A DNA stretch of 64,000 nucleotides. Origin: an uncultured Planctomycetota bacterium. Its GTDB lineage: Bacteria > Planctomycetota > Planctomycetia > Isosphaerales > Isosphaeraceae. The position numbers and the translations under genes were made by a program. The notes under the pieces are model-generated. The model did not search any database and was not told where the DNA came from. It saw only the letters and a program-made list of their open reading frames with translations. The stretch covers positions 32,001 through 96,000 of the forward strand of contig CAWJTV010000044.1 of assembly GCA_963845755.1 (NCBI GenBank), given 5' to 3'. Of this stretch, positions 1-10,798 are shown one piece after another (within the stretch, counting starts at the first letter, position 1; each line of letters begins with the position of its first letter).

Positions 1-728
1 CACGGTGCGGGCCAGGTTGCGTTGGTCTGGGGTAATAGCCGGCGACCCATCACGAACTGCGCCGGCTCGTAAGCCCCGCTCGGCCCGATCACGCCGGCCA
101 GTCGGCCCTGGCAGAACGTCGAGCCCTGCGAGTCGTCGAAGGCGTCGGTGAGGAACTTGATCGAGAGACGATCGGGGCTGACGTCGTACAACCGCTTCAA
201 GAGTGGAGAAGCGTCCTGTCCCACCCACTTGAGGTCGGTGAGGACCGACTGCCAGATTCCGCTGGCGGCCCCGTCTCCGCCGCTGCCGAGGGCCCGCTGG
301 AACCAGAGGTCGCGCAGCTCGGCCACCGCCATCGACCCGGTAACCGATCCCTTGCCTCCCGCCAGCGTGAGCGTCACGACGACGCCGACGAGCTGCGTGA
401 TCGACTGCTGGTCGGGGTCCAGGTCGACGATCTTGGCGACCCGCGTTTGCGGCTTCTGGGGCGTCTCCACCGCCGAGCCCAGGACCGGGTCCGTTGACCC
501 CGAGCCCAGCGGGTTCCCGTCGGGACCGACCGCTCCAGTCACCCGGCAGTCGAGGAACCGGAAGAATGCCGAGCCGCCGGGGTTCCAGGACTCGAACCCC
601 GGCGCATTGGGATCCGTATCCTGGAGCACGACGGAGGGGTCGAAGTTCCCCGGATCGTTGTTGATGGTGGATGGGTCGGCGAAGAATTTTCCGGAGAAGG
701 TGATGCGCGGCAAGTCGAGGTAACTCAT
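1..728 (-). CDS. VioB-like (iminophenyl-pyruvate dimer synthase-related) N-terminal domain protein; 3' end runs off the window
   Basis: Not in the ORF track; translated by hand from ATG 728 (GGAGG upstream): MSYLDLPRITFSGKFFADPSTINNDPGNFD...WNPGGSAFFRF...AKIVDLDPDQQ, which resembles the VioB-family N-terminus. Open to position 1. Confidence 0.6.
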   Translation of the reverse strand, partial: MSYLDLPRITFSGKFFADPSTINNDPGNFDPSVVLQDTDPNAPGFESWNPGGSAFFRFLDCRVTGAVGPDGNPLGSGSTDPVLGSAVETPQKPQTRVAKIVDLDPDQQSITQLVGVVVTLTLAGGKGSVTGSMAVAELRDLWFQRALGSGGDGAASGIWQSVLTDLKWVGQDASPLLKRLYDVSPDRLSIKFLTDAFDDSQGSTFCQGRLAGVIGPSGAYEPAQFVMGRRLLPQTNATWPAP

Positions 729-822
729 GGCGACGGCCTCCAGTCGGGGTCTCGATGGGAGAGCAGGTCAGCATCCCTTCGGCTCGGATCGGACACAAGT
801 GTCGGGCCCTGCGCACGGTCCA

Positions 823-1863
823 TCAATAGTCCCCGGGGATCTCGCCCCCGGCGCGGCTACCGAGTGCGCTCCAGACGTTGATCGCGATCGTGTTCTTCAT
901 GAACGCAACCCTGCCGTCGCACAGCAGCGCGTGGACCCCTCCGGGATGGCGGCTGTGGGACGTCACGTTGTGCGAAAGCATGTCCCAGAAGAGGTTCGTA
1001 TCGCTGCTGTGAGGGAGTCCGCCACGGCAATCGACGCCCCGGTCGTTGGGCGTTCGTGCGTGGTTGTACATGCTATGTCCCGGCGCTCCGTAGATCCAGA
1101 TGACGCCCCTCGTCATGTTCAATTTCAGCCCCGGACCGCTGCAATCGGCGGGATAGTTGACCAGTTGTGGCCCGGTGGACTGGTCGTTGCCACCGAGCGC
1201 CAGGACGAACCCGTTCGTGGGACTGACACCATCCCAGTAGCCGGGGATGCCATCGGAGATGACCGTCTCGCTGACACCGACGGTGTTCGACGTGCCGTCG
1301 GTAATCGACTGGACGCCGATCGCGGAGTTCTCGAAGAAGACGCCCGTGACGGGAATGCCGGTGGGGTTACGCGGCGAGACCGGGAAGGTCGTTCCGGTGT
1401 TTAGAGGGTAATTGTGAAGCGCCTTCTGATCCGACCGGGGAACGAAGATGTCGCTCGGGCACAGCAGGGACCCGAGGTTGGTGTAGAGGGCCGTCGTATT
1501 CTCGGGTTGGAGGCCGTTCTCGCCCGCCAGCGCGCTCGACGGCGCATTGTCGGGATTGAGGTTGAAATTCGTGGCATTGTACAGCGGGCCCTGGTCCAGA
1601 TGGGGCAGGAGGTACGCATAGGCGGAGAAACATCGACCGTTGTGATCGACCAGGCTTCGAAGCCGACCCGGGGGGAAGACGTTGAGCGCCGAATGGTAGT
1701 TGTGCATCGCGAGGCCGATCTGCCGCAGGTTGTTGCCGCACTGGGCACGGCGCGCGGCCTCGCGCGCCGCCTGAACCGCGGGCAGCAACAGAGCAATCAG
1801 GATGGCGATGATGGCGATCACCACCAGGAGCTCGATCAGGGTGAATCCTCGTCTCATTCTCAT
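823..1863 (-). CDS. DUF1559 (SBP_bac_10) planctomycete prepilin-type protein
   Basis: [51 protein letters not shown] and C-terminal [17 protein letters not shown] 1863 follows GGAGGAG. Confidence 0.95.
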   Translation of the reverse strand: MRMRRGFTLIELLVVIAIIAILIALLLPAVQAAREAARRAQCGNNLRQIGLAMHNYHSALNVFPPGRLRSLVDHNGRCFSAYAYLLPHLDQGPLYNATNFNLNPDNAPSSALAGENGLQPENTTALYTNLGSLLCPSDIFVPRSDQKALHNYPLNTGTTFPVSPRNPTGIPVTGVFFENSAIGVQSITDGTSNTVGVSETVISDGIPGYWDGVSPTNGFVLALGGNDQSTGPQLVNYPADCSGPGLKLNMTRGVIWIYGAPGHSMYNHARTPNDRGVDCRGGLPHSSDTNLFWDMLSHNVTSHSRHPGGVHALLCDGRVAFMKNTIAINVWSALGSRAGGEIPGDY

Positions 1864-2371
1864 GATCCTCCTCCGTCGAGGCGCGATATCCCAACGAACG
1901 GCGATCACTGCCGCTGCATGAGAGGCCGCGATTCGAATTGCAACGAGTCCTGCTGATCCACTTCCGTCCCTGGGCAACACGTCCTGGGACACCCAAACGA
2001 TCGTGAATACGGCCGCGAGCAACGCGATCCGTTCTTTCCAACGGACGTGCCTGTCCGTTAATCGCTCTCCATCTGACGTGCCAGATCGGGCAAACTTACG
2101 GATTCGTCGCCTGAGTCGACGGGCCATGGACGAATCGGTTGAGCCTCATCCGCGCCCCCTTGATGACGCTAAGGTAGGTATTATTCTGAGATCCCAGAAC
2201 GAGTGTCAACAAAAAACTCAGCATTCTTTAGACAATTCAACGGAAGGTGTGCTAGCCATGGAAAGAAATTCTTGAAACTCTTCATTTTAGCGTTGCGATC
2301 TCGACAGATCGTCCCATAGAATCCATTTCCCTGTCTGGCCGGTCCCGAGTTCTTTGGGTCATTTGGACGCG

Positions 2372-4099
2372 ATGAGGCAGCCAATCAAGTCGGATCCTGA
2401 GGGGTGCCCCGGACCCGGAACGGGCCACCGGTCGAGCGCGGCTCTCGTGGCCTGCGTCGGCGTCCGTCCTGAGGACGCGGCGGTGCAACTGGTCGGCGTG
2501 GGCGATCGGGCGGAATGGCTGCTGTTGCGGGCCGACCGGACCGGGGATTGGTCGTCGGCGTGGGTCCGGTCGATTGGCCCTTGGCGGCTGATCTACGCGC
2601 TGCGGACCCGGGCGCACGCCGGTTGTGCCGACCCAGGCGATCCGCTCCGCGCGGCGCGGCTCCGCGCGGCGGCCGCGTGTCATGACCTGGTGGAGCTGGA
2701 GGCCCCTCACGATCTGACCCTCGAGATCCTCGCGTCGATCCCGCCGCGCCGCCGACTGATCACGTGGCGCGGTCCGGCGGAGAGCGGCCGGGCCTTGACC
2801 GCGCGGCTTGAGTGGTTGACCGGCGTGGATGCCGCGGCCTACCAGCTCGTGGTGAACTGCCGTCGTCCCTGGGACGGGATCGCGCCGCTCGAAATGCTGC
2901 ACGGATCGCGACGGCGCGATGTGGTCGGGTTCGCCGATGGCGAGGCGGGGCTGTGGAGCCGCGTGCTTTCGCCCCTGCTCGGCTCACCGTTGGTCTTCGG
3001 CGGACTCGATGGGGCCTGCGATGCGGGCGAACCTTCCATCACTCGACTCGTCGAGGACTTCGGGCTTCCCGACCCCGGGCCGATTGCGTTGACCTTTGGA
3101 ATCGCCGGAGACCCCGTCGCCCATTCTCTCTCGCCCCGGCTGCACAACGCGTGCTACCGCGCGATGGGGATCCCGGCCGTCTTCCTCCCGTTCGAGGTGG
3201 ATTCGTTCGACGAATTCTGGGGCGAGCTGGCCGCGAGCGGGGTCCTGGAGCGGCTGGGTCTCCCGTTGCTGGGACTGACCGTCTCCTCGCCCAATAAGGA
3301 GATGGCCGCGGCGACGGTCCCGGTCGTCAGCCCGGCGGCGCGACGCGCCGGGGCGGCGAACCTGGTGTATCGACGGGGCGGCCGATGGGTCGCCGACACG
3401 ACCGACCCCGCGGGTGTCCTCGAAACGCTCGCCCGGCGCGGGATTGCGCTCGCGGGTCGTCGGGTCGCCGTGGTGGGCTGTGGCGGCTCCGGTCGTGCGA
3501 TCGCCTCGGCGCTGTCTCGCGCCGGCTTGGAGGTCGTCCTCGCAAACCGCGGCCGGCCGCGCGGCGAACTGGCGTCACGTCAGCTCGGGCTGCCGGTTCT
3601 CGAGCTGGCAGCATTCTCGCCCGCGGATTTCGGCCTCGTCGTCAACGCGACCCCCGTCGGTCGCGCCGGCGGGGACCTGCCGTTCGCCTGCGACCGACTG
3701 GCCGCCGGCGCGGTCGTGGTCAACCTGGTCTATGCCGCGCGGCCCACGCCCCTGGCCGTCGCCGCCGCGTCGCGAGGCGCGGACGTCATCTCGGGTCATG
3801 AGGTCCTGCTGTCCCAGGCGGCACGACAGTTTGAGAAGATGACCGGCAGGCCGATGCCGCTGGAATTGGCGGCCGATTGCCTGAACTCGCGGGCGTCGAA
3901 GGCGAGGGCGCGTGTGCCGGGCGAGGATAGGCAGCCCGGCTCGACGGCCGACCCGAGCCGTTCGGTTGTGGGGGCCGGGAACCCTGGAAGCACGTTCGGT
4001 CCCGGAGGTACACCTCACTTCCTCAGGGCCGAGAATCAGGTCGAAAATGGATGCGGTTGGCCGACGATTTCGACCCCAGCGCGTCGTTCGGGGAAGTGA
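2372..4099 (+). CDS. Shikimate dehydrogenase family protein fused to a degenerate type I dehydroquinase-like domain
   Basis: AroE motifs GDPVAHSLSP, TVSSPNK, GAANL, DTTD, GCGGSG, NATP, QAARQF; N-terminal AroD-like WLLLRAD and HDLVELE. Start uncertain (2354 or 2372). Confidence 0.8.
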   Translation: MRQPIKSDPEGCPGPGTGHRSSAALVACVGVRPEDAAVQLVGVGDRAEWLLLRADRTGDWSSAWVRSIGPWRLIYALRTRAHAGCADPGDPLRAARLRAAAACHDLVELEAPHDLTLEILASIPPRRRLITWRGPAESGRALTARLEWLTGVDAAAYQLVVNCRRPWDGIAPLEMLHGSRRRDVVGFADGEAGLWSRVLSPLLGSPLVFGGLDGACDAGEPSITRLVEDFGLPDPGPIALTFGIAGDPVAHSLSPRLHNACYRAMGIPAVFLPFEVDSFDEFWGELAASGVLERLGLPLLGLTVSSPNKEMAAATVPVVSPAARRAGAANLVYRRGGRWVADTTDPAGVLETLARRGIALAGRRVAVVGCGGSGRAIASALSRAGLEVVLANRGRPRGELASRQLGLPVLELAAFSPADFGLVVNATPVGRAGGDLPFACDRLAAGAVVVNLVYAARPTPLAVAAASRGADVISGHEVLLSQAARQFEKMTGRPMPLELAADCLNSRASKARARVPGEDRQPGSTADPSRSVVGAGNPGSTFGPGGTPHFLRAENQVENGCGWPTISTPARRSGK

Positions 4100-4103
4100 T
4101 GTT

Positions 4104-5428
4104 ATGTTGCACGACTTGAGCCCTGAGCATCGCAATCTTGTGGGTCGGGTGTCCGAGCTGGCGCGCGGTCGGTTCGCCGGCCGGGCCGACCGCTACGACC
4201 GGACCGCCACCTTCCCCGCCGAGGACTTCGCGGACCTGGTCGGCGGCCGTCTTCATGCCCCCGCGGTCCCGAAGGCGTACGGCGGGTGCGGCCTGGGTCC
4301 GGACCAGGGGCTCTTGACTCTCTGGTCGATGACCCGAGAGCTCGCACGCGCCGACATGTCCCTGTCTCGGTGCTGGGAGGGACATGTCAATTCCCAGGTC
4401 CTGCTGGCGGCGATGGCCGGCGAATCTCAGCAGGCTCGCTGGTTCGAGGGGATCGTCGAGCGAGGCGAGATTTGGGCGGCGTGGAGCGGCGAGCCGCAGT
4501 CGCGGGTGCCGGGACAGGTGGCACGGTTCGGCACGACCTGCCGCAAGGTGGATGGGGGCTACGAGATCGAGGGGACCAAGGCGTTCGCCACCAGCGCCGT
4601 GGGCGCACGCTGGGCGATCCTTCTGGTCAACCTGCACGGACCCGGCGGGGCACGCCACGCCGACCCGCGCCGGCCGACGGGCTATTCCTGATGGCCTGCG
4701 ACCTCTCCGACCCGACCGTGAGCTTCGACGCGACGTGGTGGGAGCCGATCGGTATGCGCGCCACGGTCAGCTACCTCGCGCGGTTCGATCGCACGTTCGT
4801 CCCCGCCGAGAACCTGATCGGTCAGCCCGGTCAGTATCTGCGCGACCAGTGGCAGTCGTGCTTCAGCCCCCACTACGGAGCGACCTTCCTCGGCGGGGCG
4901 GAAGCGGCGTACGAATATGCCCGGAATCACGTCGAGGTCCAGGGCAAGCAGGACGATCCCTATGTGCAGCATCACGTCGCCACGATGGGACTGAACATCG
5001 AGTCGTCCCAGCTCTGGCTCCGCAATGTGGCCGGCCTCTGGCAGCAGGGCCGTCGCACCGAGGCCCGATCGTCCGGCAATCGCGCCCGCTACCTGCTGGA
5101 GCAGTGGTCGCTCGACACGGTCAACCGTGCCCTGAAGACCTGCGGGGCCCGGGCGCTGATCCGGCCCAGTCCGCTAGAACGAATCCACCGCGATCTCAGC
5201 TTCTACGTGCGGCACGACAACGCCGATTCCGTCCTGGCGACGATCGGTCGAGAGCTCCTCGGCCGGCCGCACGACGGCTCGTTCTTCCATCCGTCCGATC
5301 GATCGACCCGGCCAGGCCTGGCCCGAGGAGCGCCTTCATCATGCAACCCGCCCGTGGATCTACCGGTCTCCGCATCTGGGGATTGGCGCTCGGCTACTTC
5401 GGATTCTATATCCCCTACAGCGGATTGA
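4104..5428 (+). CDS. Acyl-CoA dehydrogenase family flavoprotein (frameshift near 4670-4690)
   Basis: Joins ORF 3912+ (YDRTATFPAEDF, VPKAYGG, GTKAFATS) with ORF 4286+ (GMRATVS, TCGARAL, LERIHRD). Confidence 0.85.
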
Positions 5429-6831
5429 CGAAAGCCCTCACGCAAGGCGCCCTCCCGGGTTCGGCCGGACCGACGACGGGGTTCATGATCCTGCCGGCCA
5501 CGGTCGTCGCCACGACGACGGTGCTGCTGGTCATGATCACGGCGGCGGGAGGGTGGCGCTGGATGGAGCGGAGGCAAGTCCTGGGACTGCGGATCCCCTC
5601 GGTCCGACTCTGGACCTTCATCTCGGGCCTGGCGACGGCCATGATCATCGCCACGACGACGCTGAACTACACATCCGCGGGGATCTCGATTCTGCTCGCT
5701 TTGCTGCTCATGAGGGGCGGCGTGCTGATCATCGCGCCCTTTATCGACCTCATGACCGGTCGCCTGGTCCGGGTCGGCTCCTGGATCGCGATGGCGCTGA
5801 GCTTGACGGCGGTCGCCCTGGCCCTCTCGAACGTAGGTTCCTACCGGATGACCCTGCTGGCCGCCCTGAACGTGGCCGCTTACCTCGGGGGTTACGTCAT
5901 CCGACTGAACGTCATGTCGCGCCTCGCCAAGGACCCCGATCCCGACGTGAACCGGCGGTACTTCTACGAGGAGACCTATGTCGCGGCAATCGCCCTGGTC
6001 GCCATCCCGGCCCTGATCGCCCTGATTGTCCCGGGGTCGATCGCCGGCCAGCTCCGGGACGGTTTTTCCGGCCTTTTCACGAGCCCGTCTTCGGTCCCCG
6101 CACTGGTGATCGGATTCCTCTATGGCTGTCTTTACCTGTTCGGGACGTGGATCTACCTGGATCCTCAGGAGAACACGTTCTGCATCCCCCTGAACCGATG
6201 CTCCAGCCTGCTTTCGGGTGTCGTGTCCTCCTATGCGCTCGCCGTGTTGCTGGGCACGAATGCCCCCGGGTCGCGCGAGTTGGCGGGTGTCGCGCTCGTC
6301 GCGTCAGCTCTGGTTGTCCTGATGACCGAGACCTTCGCCCGAGGGTGGGTCAACCGGCTCACGCCGAGCCAGCGGATCTTCCTATTCGTCTGCGGGGGCA
6401 ATACGAGCCGGTCGCCGATGGCCCAGGCGATCTGCAATGCCGAGATCGCGCGACGTCTCGGCCTGGACATCGACAATCTGTCCGGGGGTCCGGTGCTGGC
6501 CCTCAGCGCCGGCCTGACGGCGGTCCCCGGCCGGCCGCTGACGGCGCCGTCGATCGCGGCCCTGTCTCGCGCCGGCGTCGCACCCCACGACCATAGGTCG
6601 CGCGAGGTCACCGCCGACCTCGTCGAGCGGGCCGAGGTGGTCTTCTGCATGACCGACGCTCTGCGCCAGTCCCTGGTCGAGCGGTTCCCCCAGGTCGCGG
6701 CGAAGGTCCGGCGCCTTGACTCCGAGCGGGACATCGACGACCCCAGCGGCCTCGGAGACGACGCCTATCATGCCCTGGCGGAACACCTGCGGCGACTGGT
6801 CGTCGCGCACCTGCCGGCGATGGGCGTCTGA
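5341..6831 (+). CDS. Multi-pass membrane (DMT/EamA-like) domain fused to a low-molecular-weight protein-tyrosine-phosphatase/ArsC-like domain
   Basis: About 10 hydrophobic segments followed in frame by LFVCGGNTSRSPMA (CX5R P-loop), SAGL and DIDDPSG. Confidence 0.8.
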   Translation: MQPARGSTGLRIWGLALGYFGFYIPYSGLTKALTQGALPGSAGPTTGFMILPATVVATTTVLLVMITAAGGWRWMERRQVLGLRIPSVRLWTFISGLATAMIIATTTLNYTSAGISILLALLLMRGGVLIIAPFIDLMTGRLVRVGSWIAMALSLTAVALALSNVGSYRMTLLAALNVAAYLGGYVIRLNVMSRLAKDPDPDVNRRYFYEETYVAAIALVAIPALIALIVPGSIAGQLRDGFSGLFTSPSSVPALVIGFLYGCLYLFGTWIYLDPQENTFCIPLNRCSSLLSGVVSSYALAVLLGTNAPGSRELAGVALVASALVVLMTETFARGWVNRLTPSQRIFLFVCGGNTSRSPMAQAICNAEIARRLGLDIDNLSGGPVLALSAGLTAVPGRPLTAPSIAALSRAGVAPHDHRSREVTADLVERAEVVFCMTDALRQSLVERFPQVAAKVRRLDSERDIDDPSGLGDDAYHALAEHLRRLVVAHLPAMGV

Positions 6832-6944
6832 GTCAGAGTAGTCGGGTGCTCCGTGAACACCAGGATGGCTGTGTCTCGGTGCTCATCGAGCACCCTCCCA
6901 TCCACCTGCCGCGCTTCTCGTACCCTTCTCGAGCGGAGACCCCC

Positions 6945-7531
6945 TCAGGTATCCGACAATCTCGATCCCGCCAGAGCCCGGGTGTACCAGGCCAGCTCAT
7001 CGAGGAACGCCTGAAGGCGGCCCGCCAGGCGCGGCTCGAGGGGGTTTCCCGCCTCGTCCAGCGCCGAGTCGACCGACGCGACGGGAAAGGGCACGGGGAT
7101 CGGAACCCCCCCCATCGCGAGGCAGACCAGCCGGAGCTGCGCCAGGCAGACGATACCGCCGAACGCGCCCGAGGAGACGGTGACGATGCCGATGGGTTTG
7201 CGACGGAAGATGCCGGCCTCGAGATGGTCGAGGGCGTTCTTGAGGATTCCCGGATAGCCTCCCTTGTATTCGGGGGAGACGATGACCAGCCCATCGGCTC
7301 GGGCGATCTTGTCGCGGAACGACGGGAAGCTCGGGGGAGGCGTATCGGTCTCGTCGGGCCGCTCCCGCAGGATCGGCAGGTCAACCACCGCCAGGTCGAT
7401 CAGCTCGGTCTCGAGCCCCTCGCGCCCGACAGGCCGTTCAGGAGGAACCGGGCCACACGCTCGCTACGTCGCCCGGACCGGCGCGTGCCGAGTAAGACGG
7501 GGATGTTCCGGACGGGCTCGGCACTCTTCAT
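6945..7531 (-). CDS. NADPH-dependent FMN reductase (frameshift near 7420)
   Basis: LLGTRRSGRRSERVA N-terminus (ATG 7531, GGAG), then ADGLVIVSPEYKGGYPGILKNALD and VSSGAFGG. Confidence 0.85.
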
Positions 7532-7540
7532 CGGATCTCC

Positions 7541-8305
7541 TCAACGGTCCACCAGGTCCAGGAGGCACCGTTCATCCATCGCAGACAAGGGTGTGAAATC
7601 GGTCCGGCAGCGGAAGTCGCCGCGCGGGTGCGTGATGGCCGTATTCTCGACGGAATTATAGATCAGGTAGCAGATGCAACGCGGCCAGGGTGTGATGTTG
7701 CGCGTCGAGCCGTGGACCGCGTTCGCGTGGAGGAACACGACCGAGCCCGGCGGGCCGATCATCGCATCGATCCCCCCTTCGCGGACCAGCTCCCCAATGA
7801 TGTCGTCGTCGATCTCCATCCGGTCGGGAACGTAGATGTGACCGCGCCGTTGCGATCCCGGGATGATCATCAGCGGCGCATTGCACGCGTTAATCTCGTC
7901 GAGGAACACGCCGATCAGCAGCGCGTTGAATCCTTGCAGGCCGTCCTGCCGGAACCACTGGTTGTAGTCCTGGTGCCAGCCCCAACCACCGCCGGCGAAT
8001 CCGGAATTGAAATTGAGACGGGCCTGATAGATATACGCCCGGGTGCCGAGAAGTTGCTCGGCCGGGACGAGCACGGACGGATGACGAGAGAGCCGGTAGT
8101 AGGCCTCGTCGTGGATGTCCACGCCGAAGAGGACCTTCGGCAGGTCTTCCCTGTCCGGCTCGAGGACGACCTCCGGGCCGCGCCGGGAACTCATCTTTTC
8201 GAGCCCTGTCCGTAGCGTCCCAATTTCGCTCGCGGAGAACAACCCCGGGAAGAAGAGATATCCGTCCCTGGCGAACTGATGGATGTGTTGGTCGGTGAGC
8301 TTCAT
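7541..8305 (-). CDS. Fe(II)/2-oxoglutarate dioxygenase, PhyH family (EctD/proline-hydroxylase-like)
   Basis: FARDGYLFFPGLFS, WGWHQDYNQWFRQDG (HxD), IPGSQ, HGSTRN and PWPR. Confidence 0.88.
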   Translation of the reverse strand: MKLTDQHIHQFARDGYLFFPGLFSASEIGTLRTGLEKMSSRRGPEVVLEPDREDLPKVLFGVDIHDEAYYRLSRHPSVLVPAEQLLGTRAYIYQARLNFNSGFAGGGWGWHQDYNQWFRQDGLQGFNALLIGVFLDEINACNAPLMIIPGSQRRGHIYVPDRMEIDDDIIGELVREGGIDAMIGPPGSVVFLHANAVHGSTRNITPWPRCICYLIYNSVENTAITHPRGDFRCRTDFTPLSAMDERCLLDLVDR

Positions 8306-8522
8306 CGCGCCGGCTCCTCGCCCGGGCCGGAAGGCCGATCGGTCGCAACTTGTGTGAGCGGTGCGAGTGTGTACAATACACGCTCGCCTCTCCGAAGGGA
8401 TATGATAACGACTCCCGACCCGTGTGCGGACCCGCTTGCTCATTTTTCTGGCCCGAGGGTCCTTCCGGGTCGGTCCTCGGGGTTCGACAGGCGATGAACT
8501 CAACATTTCGCGGGACGAATCG

Positions 8523-9863
8523 ATGCCGAGCCCGACGCGCGATACTCATCTGGCCGTCAACGGCGGAAAACCGGTCCGCTCACGCCCCTTCGCGCCGTCG
8601 TGTTTCCTCGGCGGCAGCGAGCGGGAACTCCTCCTGGAGTGTCTCGAAAGCCAGCAGTGGTCGAGCTTCCGGGCCGGTACGCCGGGCCAGGACATTCATC
8701 ATCTGACGGGATTGTCCTCGGAAGAGCTCGCCGCTTACGGACCGATCGAGGCGCGGTTCGTCGGCGGCAAGTATGTCAGGCGCCTCGAGTGCCAGTTCGC
8801 ACGCTACACGAGAACACGCTTCGCCGTGTCGGCCAACTCTGCGACCTCGGGTTTGGTCATGGCCCTGGGTGCGATCGACCTGAACCCCGGCGACGAAGTG
8901 CTCGTGCCCTGCATGTCGTTCCACTCCACCGCCACCAGCGTGTTGTTCTTTCATGCCGTACCCGTCTTCGTCGAGGTCAAGCCCGACACCTACTGTATCG
9001 ACCCGGCCGATGCGGAGGCAAAGATCACGGACAATACCAGGGCGATCCTCGTCGTCCACCTCGGCGGGAACACCGCCGACATGGACGCGATCCTGGCGAT
9101 CGCCCACAAACACTCACTCCGGGTGATCGAGGATTGTGCCCAGGCCCCGGGCGTGACCTACCGCGGGCGACCCGTCGGCTCGATCGGGGATGCCGGCGTC
9201 TTCTCGCTGACCGAGACGAAGAACATCACCTGCGGAGAAGGCGGGCTCGTGGTCACGGACGATCCCCGGATCGCCCGCAAGGCGCGGCTCATCCGCAATC
9301 ACGGTGAGGGGGTGGTCCAGGATTCCTGGCCGGACGACGAGCTGGTCAACGTAATCGGGATGAACCTCCGCCTGACCGAGCTGCAGGCGGCCGTGGCCAT
9401 CGGACAGCTCGATCATCTGGACGAACGGAACGCCATCCGCCGCGAAAATTACGAGTACCTACTCGAACTCACGCGACGCTTCCCACAACTGGTGCCGCCC
9501 AAGGCGGAAGCCGGCGCCGATATGGTGTGCTACATTTTGAAATGGCGCTACCGGCCTCGGGCCAGCGACCCCGACCGGGCCACGCTCGTGAGGGCAATGC
9601 AAGCCGAGGGAATCCCGCTCGTCGAAGGCTACTCACGCCTACTCCACGAGCTGCCGATCTTCGCCCGCCGGATCGCCTACGGCGCGCACGGCGCCCCCTT
9701 CGTCCCACCTTACCACGAGGGTCCTTTACGCTACGGCACGGGATCGTGCCCGCGTTCGGAAGCGATCAACGCGCAGTTCCTCTGGTTTACGTTCGTGCAC
9801 CCGCCCAACAGCCGGAGCGATATGGATGACGTCGTCAAGGCATTCGGAAAGGTCTTGTGTTGA
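8523..9863 (+). CDS. DegT/DnrJ/EryC1/StrS PLP-dependent sugar aminotransferase
   Basis: ANSATSGL, VHLGG, IEDCAQAPG, FSLTETKNITCGEGG (PLP lysine) and NLRLTELQAA. Confidence 0.92.
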   Translation: MPSPTRDTHLAVNGGKPVRSRPFAPSCFLGGSERELLLECLESQQWSSFRAGTPGQDIHHLTGLSSEELAAYGPIEARFVGGKYVRRLECQFARYTRTRFAVSANSATSGLVMALGAIDLNPGDEVLVPCMSFHSTATSVLFFHAVPVFVEVKPDTYCIDPADAEAKITDNTRAILVVHLGGNTADMDAILAIAHKHSLRVIEDCAQAPGVTYRGRPVGSIGDAGVFSLTETKNITCGEGGLVVTDDPRIARKARLIRNHGEGVVQDSWPDDELVNVIGMNLRLTELQAAVAIGQLDHLDERNAIRRENYEYLLELTRRFPQLVPPKAEAGADMVCYILKWRYRPRASDPDRATLVRAMQAEGIPLVEGYSRLLHELPIFARRIAYGAHGAPFVPPYHEGPLRYGTGSCPRSEAINAQFLWFTFVHPPNSRSDMDDVVKAFGKVLC

Positions 9864-10798
9864 TGAGCCCGGGAAGCCGAGCTGAAACCCCAGCGCCGAA
9901 TGCACATAAAGCGGGAAAAACCTCGTGGAAGGACGCGGCTCGCCAATGGGTGGGCCGGCTGTGCGTGCCCTGGTTGCCGCACTCGTACATGACGAATCTG
10001 ATCGACGATTATTATATCGATCAGGAGCCCAAGAGCTTCTTCAAGCAAGCCGTCCGCGACGAGGTGACGCGAAGGCATTACAATCGCACGGACGCGGGGA
10101 TCCGGGCCGACAACCGGAGTTTATTCTGGGGGGCCACCGCGGGGGTTCGATGGCACGAGGAGCGGCGACAGCGGTATCAGGACCGTCGGTCCTACGAGGC
10201 GTATCTCAGGGCATGCGGCCGCATGCTGGAACAAATCCATTGGTTGCTGGACCACTTCCCGTTCATCAACAACCTGTGTGAAATCGGCACCGGGCATGGC
10301 TTGATGCTCGACTATCTCTCGGGCCAACTGACCCAGATCGAGCGCTTCCATGGGATCGACCTGAGCGCGGAGCAGATTTCGCGTAACCAGGCGATCTATG
10401 CCGGCTCGAAAGTCGAATTCCTCCCCGTCGAGGCGGCCGACTACGTCGTCCAGCACTGTCGCCCGGGGACGCTCTTCGTGGCGTGCGGGGCGTTCGAGTG
10501 CTTCACGCAAGCCGAGCTGGAGGAGTTTCTCGCGTTGACGCTCAAGACGGTCGACCGGGTCGCCGTCGCGAGCTGCGACGCCGTTGACATCGACTACGAC
10601 CCGGAGGTCGAGCTCCATTCCCGGCCCAGGGGAAACTTGCTCTACAATCACAATTACCGCCACTTGCTGGAGAAACATGGTTACGAGATCTGTTTCGAAC
10701 ATGTCGAGCGCGCAAAGCCATTTTACGATCGTTTCTCCATCCTGGGAGTCGGTTTCCCCTGCGGCGCCATCAAACCTCATACGCGAACATCTCATTGA
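9863..10798 (+). CDS. Class I SAM-dependent methyltransferase
   Basis: LCEIGTGHG motif I and GIDLS; start overlaps the upstream stop codon. Confidence 0.75.
   Translation: MSPGSRAETPAPNAHKAGKTSWKDAARQWVGRLCVPWLPHSYMTNLIDDYYIDQEPKSFFKQAVRDEVTRRHYNRTDAGIRADNRSLFWGATAGVRWHEERRQRYQDRRSYEAYLRACGRMLEQIHWLLDHFPFINNLCEIGTGHGLMLDYLSGQLTQIERFHGIDLSAEQISRNQAIYAGSKVEFLPVEAADYVVQHCRPGTLFVACGAFECFTQAELEEFLALTLKTVDRVAVASCDAVDIDYDPEVELHSRPRGNLLYNHNYRHLLEKHGYEICFEHVERAKPFYDRFSILGVGFPCGAIKPHTRTSH

Noticed and set aside
148..1404. Plus-strand ORFs 148-723 and 727-1404 (and the many similar shadow ORFs across the window)
   Set aside because: They are antisense to well-supported genes, as expected in high-GC DNA, and carry no motifs.
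7541..8305. Calling this gene ectD
   Set aside because: The motif is WHQDYNQW rather than the EctD WHSDFETWH signature, and no ectABC genes are nearby.
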